This document shows, piece after piece, positions 10,041 to 20,055 of a stretch of 64,000 nucleotides of DNA. The stretch's first letter is position 1. Each line of letters opens with the position of its first letter. The DNA is from an uncultured Verrucomicrobiae bacterium (GTDB lineage: Bacteria; Verrucomicrobiota; Verrucomicrobiia; Chthoniobacterales; JAATET01). The notes under the pieces were generated by a model. It searched no databases and was not told where the DNA came from. It saw only the letters and a program-made list of their open reading frames with translations. The DNA lies in assembly GCA_963719495.1 (NCBI GenBank), contig CAVRCI010000001.1, positions 224,001-288,000 of the forward strand, read 5' to 3'. Position numbers and translations under genes: made by a program.

Positions 10041-11027
10041 ATGACCACCGACCAACAAACCCTCGAACGCCTCCTCCACGGCCGCACCCAGATCCGCGCC
10101 GAACTCGCCAAGGTCATCGTCGGCCAGCACGACGTCATCCATCAGCTCCTCATCGCGCTCCTCTCCGGCGGCAACTGCCTCATCACCGGAGCCCCCGGCC
10201 TCGCCAAGACCCTCGTCATCCGCACCCTCGCCCGGGTTTTTCACCTGAAGTTCCAGCGCATCCAATTCACCCCCGACCTCATGCCCGCCGACATCACCGG
10301 CACCGAGATCCTCCGCGAGACCCCCGACGGCCAGCGCGAACTCACCTTCGTCCCCGGCCCCATCTTCGCGAACATCATTCTCGCCGACGAAATCAACCGC
10401 ACCCCGCCAAAAACCCAGTCCGCCCTCCTCGAAGCCATGCAGGAACGCCAGGTCACCGTCGGCGGACGCACCCACCCCCTCGACCCACCCTTCTTCGTCC
10501 TTGCGACCAAGAACCCCATCGAGATGGAAGGCACCTACCCCCTCCCCGAAGCCCAGCTCGACCGCTTCATGTTCGACGTCCTCATCGACTACCTCCCCGA
10601 AGACGACGAAGTCACCGTCGTCGCCCAGACCACCTCCACCCGCCCGGAACCCGTCCAGGCCCTCTTCACCGGCGAGGACCTCCTCGCCTTCCAGAATCTC
10701 GTCCGCCGCGTCCCCATCGCCTCCGACGTCATCCGCTATGCCGTCCGCCTCGCCGCCGCCAGCCGCCCCCACCAACCCGGCACCCCCGCCTTCATCAACG
10801 ACTGGGTCAGCTGGGGAGCCGGCCTCCGCGCTGCCCAATTCCTCGTCCTCGGAGCCAAAGCCCACGTCCTCCTCGAAGACCGCACCCACGTCACCCCCGC
10901 CGACATCCGCCACTTAGCGCTCCCCACCCTCCGCCACCGCATCCTCCCCAACTACCGAGCCGAAGCCGAAGGCATCACCCCCGAAAACATCATCACCCGC
11001 CTAACCGCCGAAATCAAACCAACCTAA
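10041..11027 (+). CDS. MoxR family AAA+ ATPase
   Basis: GAPGLAKT Walker A, RIQFTPDLMPAD, LADEINR Walker B, LPEAQLDRF. Confidence 0.95.
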   Translation: MTTDQQTLERLLHGRTQIRAELAKVIVGQHDVIHQLLIALLSGGNCLITGAPGLAKTLVIRTLARVFHLKFQRIQFTPDLMPADITGTEILRETPDGQRELTFVPGPIFANIILADEINRTPPKTQSALLEAMQERQVTVGGRTHPLDPPFFVLATKNPIEMEGTYPLPEAQLDRFMFDVLIDYLPEDDEVTVVAQTTSTRPEPVQALFTGEDLLAFQNLVRRVPIASDVIRYAVRLAAASRPHQPGTPAFINDWVSWGAGLRAAQFLVLGAKAHVLLEDRTHVTPADIRHLALPTLRHRILPNYRAEAEGITPENIITRLTAEIKPT

Positions 11028-11091
11028 CTCCACCCTAAATCCACAGCCACCACCCAACGGCCGCGCCCCACGAAACCCCCCATCCAAAACC

Positions 11092-11121
11092 CTGTCATGT
11101 TGAGCGAAGCGAAACATCTCT
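11092..11121 (+). repeat. REP-like repeat family D copy
   Basis: ctgtcatgttgagcgaagcgaaacatctct, 28/30 identical to 1541-1570. Confidence 0.8.
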
Positions 11122-11183
11122 GACTTACACTCCTCACCTCACCTTCACGTAACGAACCCACCAACCCACCCAAACCCAATCAA

Positions 11184-12095
11184 GTGCCCGCCGCCCACGA
11201 CCCCGCCACCCTGATGCGCATCCGCAATCTGGAACTCCGCGCGCGCACCGTCATCGACGGCCTCTGGACCGGCATCCACCGCAGCGACACGCACGGCTTC
11301 TCCGCCGAATTCGCCGAATACCGCCACTACCAACCCGGCGACGACATCCGCACCCTCGACTGGAAACTCTACGCCCGCTCCGACCGCACCTACGTCCGCC
11401 GCTACGAAGAAGACACCTCCCTCAGCTGCACCCTCCTCGTCGACCGCAGCCGCTCGATGAACTTCACGTCTCTCACCTACACCAAAGCCGACCTCGCCCG
11501 CACTCTCGCCGCCACCTTCGCCCTCTACCTCCGCGGCCAGGGCGACGCCACCGGCCTCCTCACCTTCTCCGACCAGGTCCACGATTACCTCCCCCCCTCC
11601 ACCCGCCCCGCCCAGATCCACGCCCTCATCCTCGCGTTGGAAAGCGCCAACTCCGGCACCTCCACCGACCTCACCCAACCCCTCGAGCGCATCGCCGCCC
11701 TCATCCGCCGCCGCAGCCTCGTCATCATCCTCTCCGACCTCCTCGTCCCCACCGAAGCGCTCGAACACCGCCTCTCCCTCCTCGCGGCCCGGGGCCACGA
11801 AGTCGTCCTCTTTCAAATCCTCGACCCCGCCGAAATCAACTTCACCTTCGCCGACGCCACCATCTTCGAAGACCTCGAGACCGGCACCCACCACCCCACC
11901 GACCCCACCACCGTCCGCGACGCCTACCTAAAAAACTTCAACACCCACCAAACCACCCTAAGCCAACTCTGCCAACGCATCGGCATCACCCACCACCTCT
12001 TCCCCACCGACCAACCCTTGGCGACCGCCCTCTACCAATACCTAAAAACCCGCCAAACCCACCGAAGGATCCGCCGAACGTCCAACAAAGCCTAG
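11184..12095 (+). CDS. DUF58 family (vWA-like) protein
   Basis: 'GIHRS...EFAEYRHYQPGDDIRTLDWK', 'DRSRSM', 'ILSD'; directly follows moxR. Confidence 0.92.
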   Translation: MPAAHDPATLMRIRNLELRARTVIDGLWTGIHRSDTHGFSAEFAEYRHYQPGDDIRTLDWKLYARSDRTYVRRYEEDTSLSCTLLVDRSRSMNFTSLTYTKADLARTLAATFALYLRGQGDATGLLTFSDQVHDYLPPSTRPAQIHALILALESANSGTSTDLTQPLERIAALIRRRSLVIILSDLLVPTEALEHRLSLLAARGHEVVLFQILDPAEINFTFADATIFEDLETGTHHPTDPTTVRDAYLKNFNTHQTTLSQLCQRIGITHHLFPTDQPLATALYQYLKTRQTHRRIRRTSNKA

Positions 12096-12104
12096 CCAGC
12101 CGCC

Positions 12105-12154
12105 CTCGAGGAGCGGCGATTTGCAATCGCCGAACCAACCCAACGGCGAAGCCG
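12105..12154 (+). repeat. REP-like family B (GGAG + CGGCGATT-TGC-AATCGCCG hairpin)
   Basis: Other copies at 17620-17670, 20182-20215 and 39131-39182. Confidence 0.85.
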
Positions 12155-12179
12155 CAAACCAAAAGCCTAAACACCCCCC

Positions 12180-14207
12180 GTGTCCTTCCTAACCCCATTC
12201 TTCCTCCTGGCAGGGATCGCAATAGCGATCCCCCTCATCCTCCATTTCACCCGTCACCGCCCAAAAAACGTCACCCCCTTCTCCGCGTCGATCTTCCTCC
12301 CCCCCGACCGCCCCACCCTCCGCAAGCGGCGTCACCTCGAGAATTGGCCCCTCCTCCTGCTCCGCTGCCTCATCCTCCTCCTGCTAGCCGCGGCCTTCGC
12401 CCGCCCCTTCTTCAACGACCCCATCACCACCCTCGACCCAAGAGCCAACCAGCGAGTCATCATCCTCCTCGACACCTCCGCCAGCATGACCGCCGGGGAA
12501 CGCACGCGTCCCCGCGTTCGGGATGCGACGTCCCGCCGCATCACTCGGCAAAGCGCCAGCGAGCCGTCCCTCGAAGCCGTCCGCCAAATCACAACCAACC
12601 TCCCGCCAACCACCGACCTAGCCCTCATCACCTTCGCCCGCCGCCCCACCACCCACCTCGACTTCGAGCAATGGCGCGCCATCCCGCCCCCCGACCGCGC
12701 CGCCCATCTCGAATCCCTCCTCGCCAACCTCGAAGCCACCGACGCCGCCACCAACCCCGGCGAAGCCCTCGTCGCCGCCAACGACCTCCTCGCCGCCTCC
12801 GCCAGCCCCGACCCCGCGACGATCCACCTGATCAGCGATTTCCAACAAACCGCCGACTTCGAAGCCGTCACGACCATCGACTGGCCCGAAAACGTCACCG
12901 TCCACCCCATCCGCGTCCCCCACGACACCGACGCCATCCCAACCCTCACCCTGGCCAGCGCCACCGAAACCGAGATCACCCTCATCGCCACCAACCCCGG
13001 CCCCGCAAACACCGCGACCCTCACCCCCACCAATCACCAGTCACCAATCACCTCTCACCAGCTCCCCATCCCCCCCGGAACCACCCCCATCACCTTCCCG
13101 GCGGACCTCACCACCGCCTCCTACACCGCCACCCTCACCGGCACCGACTCCCCCTTCGCCACCGTCTACGTCGCCCAGTCTCGCCCACCGACAATCGCCG
13201 TCGACTACCTCGGCACCGACGACCCCACGGACACCACCGCCCTCCTCTTCTTCCTCACCCGCGCCCTCGCCAATCCCACCCGCTTCACCACCAACCTCGC
13301 AATCAATCAACCCCGCGACGACGCCTTCACCATCATCGCCACCGACTTCACCGAACCCACCGCCGCCCCCCTGCGCACCCAGCTCCTCGCCGGTTCCCAC
13401 GCTCTCCTGCTCCTCCGCAATCGCGCCGACGCCCGTTGGATCGAGGCCCTCACCGGCGACTCCGCCACCGCCCGCGAAGCCGCCACACCCCAGTTCGCCC
13501 TCCTCACCGCCCTCGACTATACCGACCCCATCATCGCCCCCTTCGCCGACCCGAGATTCAGCGACTTCTCGAAAATCCACGTCTGGAAACACCGCGCCCT
13601 CACCGGCCCCGCCCTCATCGAAGCCACCACCCTCGCCAGCTTCGACGACGGCACCCCCGCCCTCCTCCGCATCCCGGTCGGAGAAGGCAGCCTCCTCGTC
13701 CTCACCACCACCTGGACCCCCGCCGACAGCCAGCTAGCCGTCTCCTCCAAATTCGTTCCCCTCCTCCTCTCCATCCTGGAAACCACCGCCACCCTCCCCC
13801 CCACCCAGCGCCAGTATCTCGTCGGGGAACGCACGCCTCCCGGCGTGCGAGATGCGGCGTCCCGCCGCATCACCCGGCAAAGCGCCGCCGAGCCGAACAC
13901 CGACACCCCCGGCCTCCACGAAACCCCCTCCTTCACCTACGCCGTCAACGTCGATCCCCGCGAATCCGACCTCACCCCCCTCCCCGAAGCCGCCCTCCTC
14001 GCCCTCGACCTCCCCACCGCCGAAAAGCAACCCGCCGCCACCAAATCCACCCCCGACCGCACCCGCCAACTCGCCCTTCAGGAGCTCGAAGCCCGCCACC
14101 CCCTTTGGCCCACTCTCCTCATCGCCACCCTCGCCGTCATCTTCGCCGAAACCACCCTCGCCACCCGCATTCAATCCGCAATCCGCAATCCGCAATCCGC
14201 AATCTAA
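12180..14207 (+). CDS. BatA N-terminal domain + vWA membrane protein
   Basis: 'MSFLTPFFLLAGIAIAIPLILHF...LLLLRCLILLLLAAAFARP' (BatA N-terminus), DTSAS MIDAS, ISDFQ, 'AVNVDPRESDL', C-terminal TM. Confidence 0.88.
   Translation: MSFLTPFFLLAGIAIAIPLILHFTRHRPKNVTPFSASIFLPPDRPTLRKRRHLENWPLLLLRCLILLLLAAAFARPFFNDPITTLDPRANQRVIILLDTSASMTAGERTRPRVRDATSRRITRQSASEPSLEAVRQITTNLPPTTDLALITFARRPTTHLDFEQWRAIPPPDRAAHLESLLANLEATDAATNPGEALVAANDLLAASASPDPATIHLISDFQQTADFEAVTTIDWPENVTVHPIRVPHDTDAIPTLTLASATETEITLIATNPGPANTATLTPTNHQSPITSHQLPIPPGTTPITFPADLTTASYTATLTGTDSPFATVYVAQSRPPTIAVDYLGTDDPTDTTALLFFLTRALANPTRFTTNLAINQPRDDAFTIIATDFTEPTAAPLRTQLLAGSHALLLLRNRADARWIEALTGDSATAREAATPQFALLTALDYTDPIIAPFADPRFSDFSKIHVWKHRALTGPALIEATTLASFDDGTPALLRIPVGEGSLLVLTTTWTPADSQLAVSSKFVPLLLSILETTATLPPTQRQYLVGERTPPGVRDAASRRITRQSAAEPNTDTPGLHETPSFTYAVNVDPRESDLTPLPEAALLALDLPTAEKQPAATKSTPDRTRQLALQELEARHPLWPTLLIATLAVIFAETTLATRIQSAIRNPQSAI
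12495..12566 (+). repeat. REP-like family A double-hairpin element, in frame within CDS
   Basis: 72 bp encoding GERTRPRVRDATSRRITRQSASEP; homologous to intergenic copies at 21206, 53431 and 58397. Confidence 0.9.
13824..13895 (+). repeat. REP-like family A double-hairpin element, in frame within CDS
   Basis: 72 bp encoding GERTPPGVRDAASRRITRQSAAEP. Confidence 0.9.
14173..14204 (+). repeat. Heptamer tandem repeat (AATCCGC)x4.5 forming the C-terminus of the BatA/vWA gene
   Basis: Directly visible; ends at the TAA stop. Confidence 0.9.
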
Positions 14208-14209
14208 CG

Positions 14210-17200
14210 ATGCTCCCCGCCCTCCAAGCCCAACTTGCCGCCATCACCGCCCGCGCCCGCCTGCGCGCCCGCCGCACCACCGCCGCCCTCTGCGGCCTCG
14301 TCCTCGTCGCCATCGGCGTCGGCGGCCTTGCCCTCACCCTCACCACCGGCCTTCACCCCGGCTGGCTCCTCCTCACCCTCCTCGTTCTCGCCGCCGCCAG
14401 TTTCCTCGTCGTCCACCTCCACTCGAAAGCCCCCCCCACCGCCCGCGTCGTCCGCGAGATCGAGCGCAACCACCCCGAACTCCAAACCGCCCTCCTCGCC
14501 GCCACCGAAAACCGTCCCCAACCCGGCCAACCCCCCGACGACGACTTCCTCCGTCACCGCCTCGAACTCGCCCTCAGCTACGAAGCCGCCCACGGCGGCT
14601 GGGACGACACCGCCTCCCCCGGCCAACTCGCCCGCCTCTCCGTCGCCCTCTGGATCACCGCCGCCATCACCGCCGCGCTTTTCCTGACCTTCCTCGCCCT
14701 CGGTCTCCGGCGCACCATCCTCCCGTCCACCACCACGACCGCCGCCGACACCGGCCTCACCGTCGAACCCGGCAGCATCGAGATCGAACGCGGCACCCCC
14801 GTCGCCGTCCTCGCCCGCTTCGCCACCACCCCACCCGACCGCGTCACCCTCGAGATCGGCCCCGACGCCGACCACCTCACCCCCACCCGCCTCGACCGCA
14901 ACCTCGACGACCCCGTCTTCGCCACCACCGTTCCCCCCGTTCAAACCGACCTCGTCTACCGCGTCACCACCGACGCCGGACTCACCAGCCAGGTCCACAC
15001 CATCAGCGTCTTCGAATTCCCAAAAATCACCCGCCTCGACGCCACCCTCCAGCCCCCCGGCAATCCCGAATCCAATCCGCCCAAAACGATCGAAAACACC
15101 CGTGCCATCACCGCGCCCGAGGGCACCCTCCTCACCCTCACCATCACCACGAACCAACCCATCGCCGCCGCCGATCTCACGCCCGAAAAAGGCACCGCCA
15201 TCCCCCTCACCGTCGACCCCACCGCCCCCACCCGCCTCACCACCACCTTCGTCCTCACCCAATCCACCCGCTACACGATCGACCTCACCGACCCCGCCGA
15301 CCGCCGCAACCAGAAGCCCGAACGCTTCGACGTCAAAGTCACCAAAGCCGTCGTCCCGAAATTTGAAATCGCCCTCCCCCAGCGAGACGCCCGCGTCACC
15401 CCCATCGAGGAAGTCGCCTTCCAGATCGACGTCAAACACCGCGCCCCCCTCGCCGACCGCGGCCTCACGATCACCGTCGCCGACTCGCCCCCCGAGACCA
15501 TCGCCCTCGGCCCCGCCCCATCCGCGAAAACCCCCACCCCCATCCGCCACCTCCTCCGGCTCGAACCCCGCCACGTCCAGCCCAACGACCTCATCACCTG
15601 GTTCGCCTGGGCCGAAGACACCGCCCCCGACGGCACCCCCCGACGCACCGAGGGCGAACTCCAATTCACATCCGTCCGCCACTTCGAGGAAACCTTCCGC
15701 CGCCTCGAAGCCAACTCCCAGCCCGGCGAAAACCTCTGCGTCAAACTCATCAAGACCCAGAAGGAAATCGTCACCTCGACCTGGAACCTCCACCGCAACC
15801 CCACCCCGCCCCGCATCGACTCCGACGCCCCCCTCATCCGCGATTCCGAGCAGATCGCCATCGACATCGTCGACGAGCTCCAAACCATCCTCACCGACCC
15901 CCACGACCTCGTCATCCTCCGCGAAGCCCGCGAGGACATGACCGCCGCCCTCGCCACCCTCGGCTCCCTCATCGAAAGAACCGACCCCGACCTCATCTCC
16001 CTCGCGCTCGAATCCGAGACCCAGGCCCTCGCCAAGCTCCTCCAACTCTCTGGCAAGGATTGGCTCATGCTCGTCTCGAAAGACTCCGCCCCCGGCGACC
16101 CTCCCGGCCCCAGCCAATTCGACATCGACGTCGCCCCCATCGACGACCGCTACGAGGCCAACCAGGCCGCCACCGCCGAAGCCGATCCCGAAGGAGCCGC
16201 CGCCCGCCAGATCCTCAGCCGCCTCCGCGACCTCGCCAACCGCCAGAAAGACCTCAACGCCGCCATCAACGAACTCCTCATCGCCCTGCAACGAGCAAAC
16301 GACGAGACCGAACGCGAAGACCTCCAACGCCAGCTCGCCAAGCTCCGCCAGGAACAACTCGAAAACCTCGCCGAACTCGACCGACTCACCCAACCCCGCC
16401 CCGAACTCCGGGAGCAACCCCCAAAAACCGCCCAGCAATCCGAAATGGAATCCGCCCGCCGCGACCTCAACGCCGCCGCCGAAGCCCTCGAAAAATCCAA
16501 CCCCGCCGAGGCCCTCGCCAACGGCCGCCGAGCCGAGGAAAAACTCGAAGACCTCCGCCGCGACCTCGAAGCCCAGGCCGCCAACGCCTTCGCCGACGAA
16601 CTCCGCAACCTCCGCACCGCCGCCCGCGACCTCGCCGAAGAACAGCGCGCCATCTCCCAAGCCCTCACCGACACCCCGCCCCAATCCAGCCCGACCGAAC
16701 GCCAGCGCCCCGACCTCACCGACACCACCCCAGCCCCCACCGACCTCCCCGGTCGCCTCACCCGCCAGCGCGAGCAGCTCGCGAAAACCACCGCCGCCCT
16801 CGAATCCTTGGCTGAAGAAACGGCCCCCACCGAACCCCTCCTCGCCGACAACCTCACCGACGCCCTCCGCGAAACCGCCCGCGCCGGCACCGAGCAAACC
16901 CTCGAGCGAGCCAGCCGATTCAGCCAAGCCGGCAGCCCCACCTTCGCGAAAACCGCCTCCGACCAAGCCGCCGAATCCCTCGACCAACTCGCCGCCGACA
17001 TCGCGACCGCCGCCGCCAGCATCCTCGGCAGCGAAGAAAAAGCCCTCCGCTTCGCCCAATCCGAACTCGACCAACTCACCCAGCAAATCACCGAAAACAA
17101 TCCCAGCCCCCCCACACCCGGAGAGTCCCCCTCCCCCGGCCAATCCCCCGGCCCACCCGCCACCGCGTCCAACCCAGGCCAAGCTCCCTCCACCTCACCC

Positions 17201-17560
17201 CCACCAATCACCAATCACCAATCACCAATCACCGGCCCCACCTCCACCCACTCCGCCTGGTCCGACCGTCTCCGCAACGTCGAGGAACTCATCGACCTCC
17301 CCGAGGTCCGCGACTCCATCGCCCAAGCCCGCGAATTCGTCCGCTCCACCCGCCGAGACGCCATCCGGGGAAGCCGCGACCCGCAATGGGACCTCGTGGC
17401 GACCGAAATCCTCGCCCCGCTGGCCGAAGCGCAAACCCGCCTCCGAGAACAACTCGCCCGCCTAACCAAAGAAGACCCCCTCGTCCCCATCGAAAGAGAC
17501 CCCGTCCCAGCTCAATACACCGAAAGCGTAAAAACCTACTACGAACAGCTAGCGCGCTAA
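14210..17560 (+). CDS. Large membrane-anchored protein with Ig-like domains and long coiled coil (DUF4175-like)
   Basis: ATG 2 nt after upstream stop; N-terminal TMs, beta-rich middle, heptad-rich C-terminus ending 'PVPAQYTESVKTYYEQL'. Confidence 0.75.
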   Translation: MLPALQAQLAAITARARLRARRTTAALCGLVLVAIGVGGLALTLTTGLHPGWLLLTLLVLAAASFLVVHLHSKAPPTARVVREIERNHPELQTALLAATENRPQPGQPPDDDFLRHRLELALSYEAAHGGWDDTASPGQLARLSVALWITAAITAALFLTFLALGLRRTILPSTTTTAADTGLTVEPGSIEIERGTPVAVLARFATTPPDRVTLEIGPDADHLTPTRLDRNLDDPVFATTVPPVQTDLVYRVTTDAGLTSQVHTISVFEFPKITRLDATLQPPGNPESNPPKTIENTRAITAPEGTLLTLTITTNQPIAAADLTPEKGTAIPLTVDPTAPTRLTTTFVLTQSTRYTIDLTDPADRRNQKPERFDVKVTKAVVPKFEIALPQRDARVTPIEEVAFQIDVKHRAPLADRGLTITVADSPPETIALGPAPSAKTPTPIRHLLRLEPRHVQPNDLITWFAWAEDTAPDGTPRRTEGELQFTSVRHFEETFRRLEANSQPGENLCVKLIKTQKEIVTSTWNLHRNPTPPRIDSDAPLIRDSEQIAIDIVDELQTILTDPHDLVILREAREDMTAALATLGSLIERTDPDLISLALESETQALAKLLQLSGKDWLMLVSKDSAPGDPPGPSQFDIDVAPIDDRYEANQAATAEADPEGAAARQILSRLRDLANRQKDLNAAINELLIALQRANDETEREDLQRQLAKLRQEQLENLAELDRLTQPRPELREQPPKTAQQSEMESARRDLNAAAEALEKSNPAEALANGRRAEEKLEDLRRDLEAQAANAFADELRNLRTAARDLAEEQRAISQALTDTPPQSSPTERQRPDLTDTTPAPTDLPGRLTRQREQLAKTTAALESLAEETAPTEPLLADNLTDALRETARAGTEQTLERASRFSQAGSPTFAKTASDQAAESLDQLAADIATAAASILGSEEKALRFAQSELDQLTQQITENNPSPPTPGESPSPGQSPGPPATASNPGQAPSTSPPPITNHQSPITGPTSTHSAWSDRLRNVEELIDLPEVRDSIAQAREFVRSTRRDAIRGSRDPQWDLVATEILAPLAEAQTRLREQLARLTKEDPLVPIERDPVPAQYTESVKTYYEQLAR
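17205..17232 (+). repeat. Heptamer tandem repeat (CAATCAC)x4 inside CDS
   Basis: Encodes PITNHQSPIT; degenerate copies at 13031-13065, 42815-42830 and 58487-58516. Confidence 0.9.
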
Positions 17561-17575
17561 AAAAGTCTAATTCAA

Positions 17576-17670
17576 GGAGCGGCGGCTTCCAGCCGCCGAA
17601 CCGGCCAAGCGAAGCGAGCCTCGAGGAGCGGCGATTTGCAATCGCCGACCCAACCAAAACGGCAAAGCCG
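17576..17670 (+). repeat. Composite REP cluster (GGAG-CGGCGGCT-TCC-AGCCGCCG plus family B)
   Basis: First hairpin recurs at 20071-20093 and 53520-53542. Confidence 0.85.
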
Positions 17671-17733
17671 TCATTCCGCATCCCCATCCCCCACCCAGCC
17701 ACCCCAGGCACCCCGCCGAAAACCCACCCCCAC

Positions 17734-20055
17734 ATGACCCTCACCCTAGGCAACCCCACCTGGCTCCTCCCAGCCACCCTCGCGCTCCTCGCCTTCGCCC
17801 TCCTCCTCGCGTGGACCTACGCCCGCCTCCCCCACATCCCCGTCACCACCCGCCTCGCCTGCTTCATCCTCAAATTCCTCGGCACCGCCGCCCTCATTTT
17901 CTTCCTCCTCGACCCCCGTCTCGAGCGCCAGATCGCCAAGCCCGGAGCCAACCACGTCGCCATCCTCGTCGACCGCAGCGCCAGCCTCGAGATCCCCGAC
18001 CCCACCACCGGCCGACCCCGCTCCGAGGAAATCCGCGACCTCCTCGCCCCCGACGCCCCCTGGCTCACCAACCTCGCCGCCACCCACACCGTCCACCGCC
18101 ACGTCTTCGACTCCCGCGTCCGAGCCGTCCCCGACTTCACCACCCTCACCTTCGACGGCCACCTCACCTCCCTCCACCAAGCCCTCGCGGATCTCGCCGA
18201 CCGCACCACCAACCTCCCCCTCTCCGGCCTCATCCTCCTCACCGACGGCAACGCCACCGACCCCACCACCCTGGCGCAGCCGCAAACCATTTCTCATTCC
18301 CCATTTCAAATTTCAAATTCACCCCCAATCTACCCCGTCCTCCTCGGACCCGACACCGCCCCCCCCGACCTCCGAATCGTCCACACCACCGCCACCGAAT
18401 CCGCCTTCGAGGACACCCCCGTCACCATCGAAGTCGAGATCGAAGCCACCGGCTTCCAGACCCGCGACGTCAAGGTCCAGCTCCTCGACCCAGCGACCCG
18501 GCAAGTCCTCACCACCGAAAAACGCCGCATCGCCACCGACTCCGCCCGCCTCCCCATCCGCTTCGAAATCCGCCCAAAAAACCCCGGCCTCTTCACCGCC
18601 ATCGCCCGCGTCGAGTCCACCACCGGCGTCCCCGAAGCCACCCTCGCCAACAACGAACGCCTCATCGCCCTCCCCCGCCGCTCCGACCCCATCCGCGTCC
18701 TCTACGTCGGCGGACGCCCAAATTGGGAACACAAATTCCTCAAGCGTGCCCTCGACCACGACGACCTCGTCCAACTCGTCAGCCTCATCCGCATCTCCGA
18801 CCGCACCCCCCGCTTCGCCTGGCGCGACGCCACCGCCGCCACCACCAACCCGCTCTACCAAGGCTTCGAAGCCGCCGAAGACGAGGCCGAGCGCTTCGAC
18901 GAACCCGTCCTCGTCCGACTCGACACCCGCGACGCCGCCGAGCTCCGCGGCGGTTTCCCGACCGCCGCCGCCGACCTCAACGCCTACGACGCCCTCATCC
19001 TCGACGACCTGCCAGCCACCTTCTTCACCCGCGACCAGCAACGCCTCATCGAGAGTTACGTCGCCGATCGCGGCGGCAGCCTCCTCGCCCTCGGCGGCAA
19101 CGAATCCTTCCGCCGCGGCCACTTCGAACGCACTCCCCTCGCCGACCTCCTCCCCGTCTACCTCGACCGCGCCCAGCGTCCGCCCCCCCGCGGCCCCGTC
19201 CGCCTCGACCTCACTCGAGAAGGTCTCCTCGCCCCCTGGACCCGCCTCCTCCCCACCGCCGAAGCCGAAAGCGCCCGCCTTGCCGCCCTCCCCCCGCTCC
19301 GCGTTCTCAACGACACCGGCGACGCCAAACCCGGAGCCACCACCCTCGCCACCGCCACCGAAGCCGACGGCACCATCCACCCCGCCCTCATCGCCCAATC
19401 CTACGGCCAGGGCCGCGTCGCCGCCCTCACCACCGGAGACCTCTGGCGCACCGGAATGGAATCCCCCGCCGCCCGCCGCGACCTCGAACGCACCTGGCGC
19501 CAGCTGCTCCGCTGGCTCGTCACCGACGTCCCCACCCGCGCCACCCTCACCGTCCGCCCCGACCCAGCCGCCCCCGACCAATCCACCGAACTCCGCGCCA
19601 CCCTCCGCGACGAAGATTTCAATCCAAAAATCCAACCCGACGTTCCCCTCGAAATCACCAACCCAGACGGCACCACCACCCTCCGCACCGCCCAACCCGA
19701 CCCCGCCACCCCCGCCACCCCCGGCACCCACACCCTCACCACCACCGCCCCCGGCCTCCACCGCGCCAACCTCGAGGGTGCCCCCGAAATCGCCTGGACC
19801 CTCGACCCCGAAGCCAAAGAATTCGAAACCCTCGGCATCAACAGATCCCTCCTCCAAACCCTCGCCACCGCAAGCCAGGGCGAACTCCTCAACCCAGCCG
19901 ACTTGAAAACGATCTCCGAGCGCCTCACCAAAAACGCCCAGACCATCCTGGAAACCCAATCCACCCCCCTCTGGCACCAATGGCCCTTCCTCTTGGGCGC
20001 AATCGCCTGCTTCGCCGCGGAATGGACCCTCCGAAGAAAAAAGAACCTCCCATGA
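17734..20055 (+). CDS. Membrane protein with vWA-like and class-I glutamine-amidotransferase-like domains
   Basis: N-terminal TMs, DRSASL, LLTDG, 'NWEHKFLKRAL', 'YDALILDD', 'GGSLLALGG', C-terminal 'AEWTLRRKKNL'. Confidence 0.8.
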   Translation: MTLTLGNPTWLLPATLALLAFALLLAWTYARLPHIPVTTRLACFILKFLGTAALIFFLLDPRLERQIAKPGANHVAILVDRSASLEIPDPTTGRPRSEEIRDLLAPDAPWLTNLAATHTVHRHVFDSRVRAVPDFTTLTFDGHLTSLHQALADLADRTTNLPLSGLILLTDGNATDPTTLAQPQTISHSPFQISNSPPIYPVLLGPDTAPPDLRIVHTTATESAFEDTPVTIEVEIEATGFQTRDVKVQLLDPATRQVLTTEKRRIATDSARLPIRFEIRPKNPGLFTAIARVESTTGVPEATLANNERLIALPRRSDPIRVLYVGGRPNWEHKFLKRALDHDDLVQLVSLIRISDRTPRFAWRDATAATTNPLYQGFEAAEDEAERFDEPVLVRLDTRDAAELRGGFPTAAADLNAYDALILDDLPATFFTRDQQRLIESYVADRGGSLLALGGNESFRRGHFERTPLADLLPVYLDRAQRPPPRGPVRLDLTREGLLAPWTRLLPTAEAESARLAALPPLRVLNDTGDAKPGATTLATATEADGTIHPALIAQSYGQGRVAALTTGDLWRTGMESPAARRDLERTWRQLLRWLVTDVPTRATLTVRPDPAAPDQSTELRATLRDEDFNPKIQPDVPLEITNPDGTTTLRTAQPDPATPATPGTHTLTTTAPGLHRANLEGAPEIAWTLDPEAKEFETLGINRSLLQTLATASQGELLNPADLKTISERLTKNAQTILETQSTPLWHQWPFLLGAIACFAAEWTLRRKKNLP

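Noticed and set aside
12344..14209. First 622 codons of the 1738-aa ORF (also the 5' parts of 8370.., 17386.., 17811.., 22762.., 24943.., 60474..)
   Set aside because: Pro/Arg/His-rich off-frame shadow of upstream C-rich genes; the real starts are the downstream ATGs given in the features
14204..17182. Long antisense ORFs (992 aa here; also 3159-5570, 6529-8037, 18319-19980, 50923-53547, 59620-61185)
   Set aside because: Gly/Glu/Val-rich mirror frames of well-supported genes; stop-codon scarcity is expected from GC content and skew; no motifs
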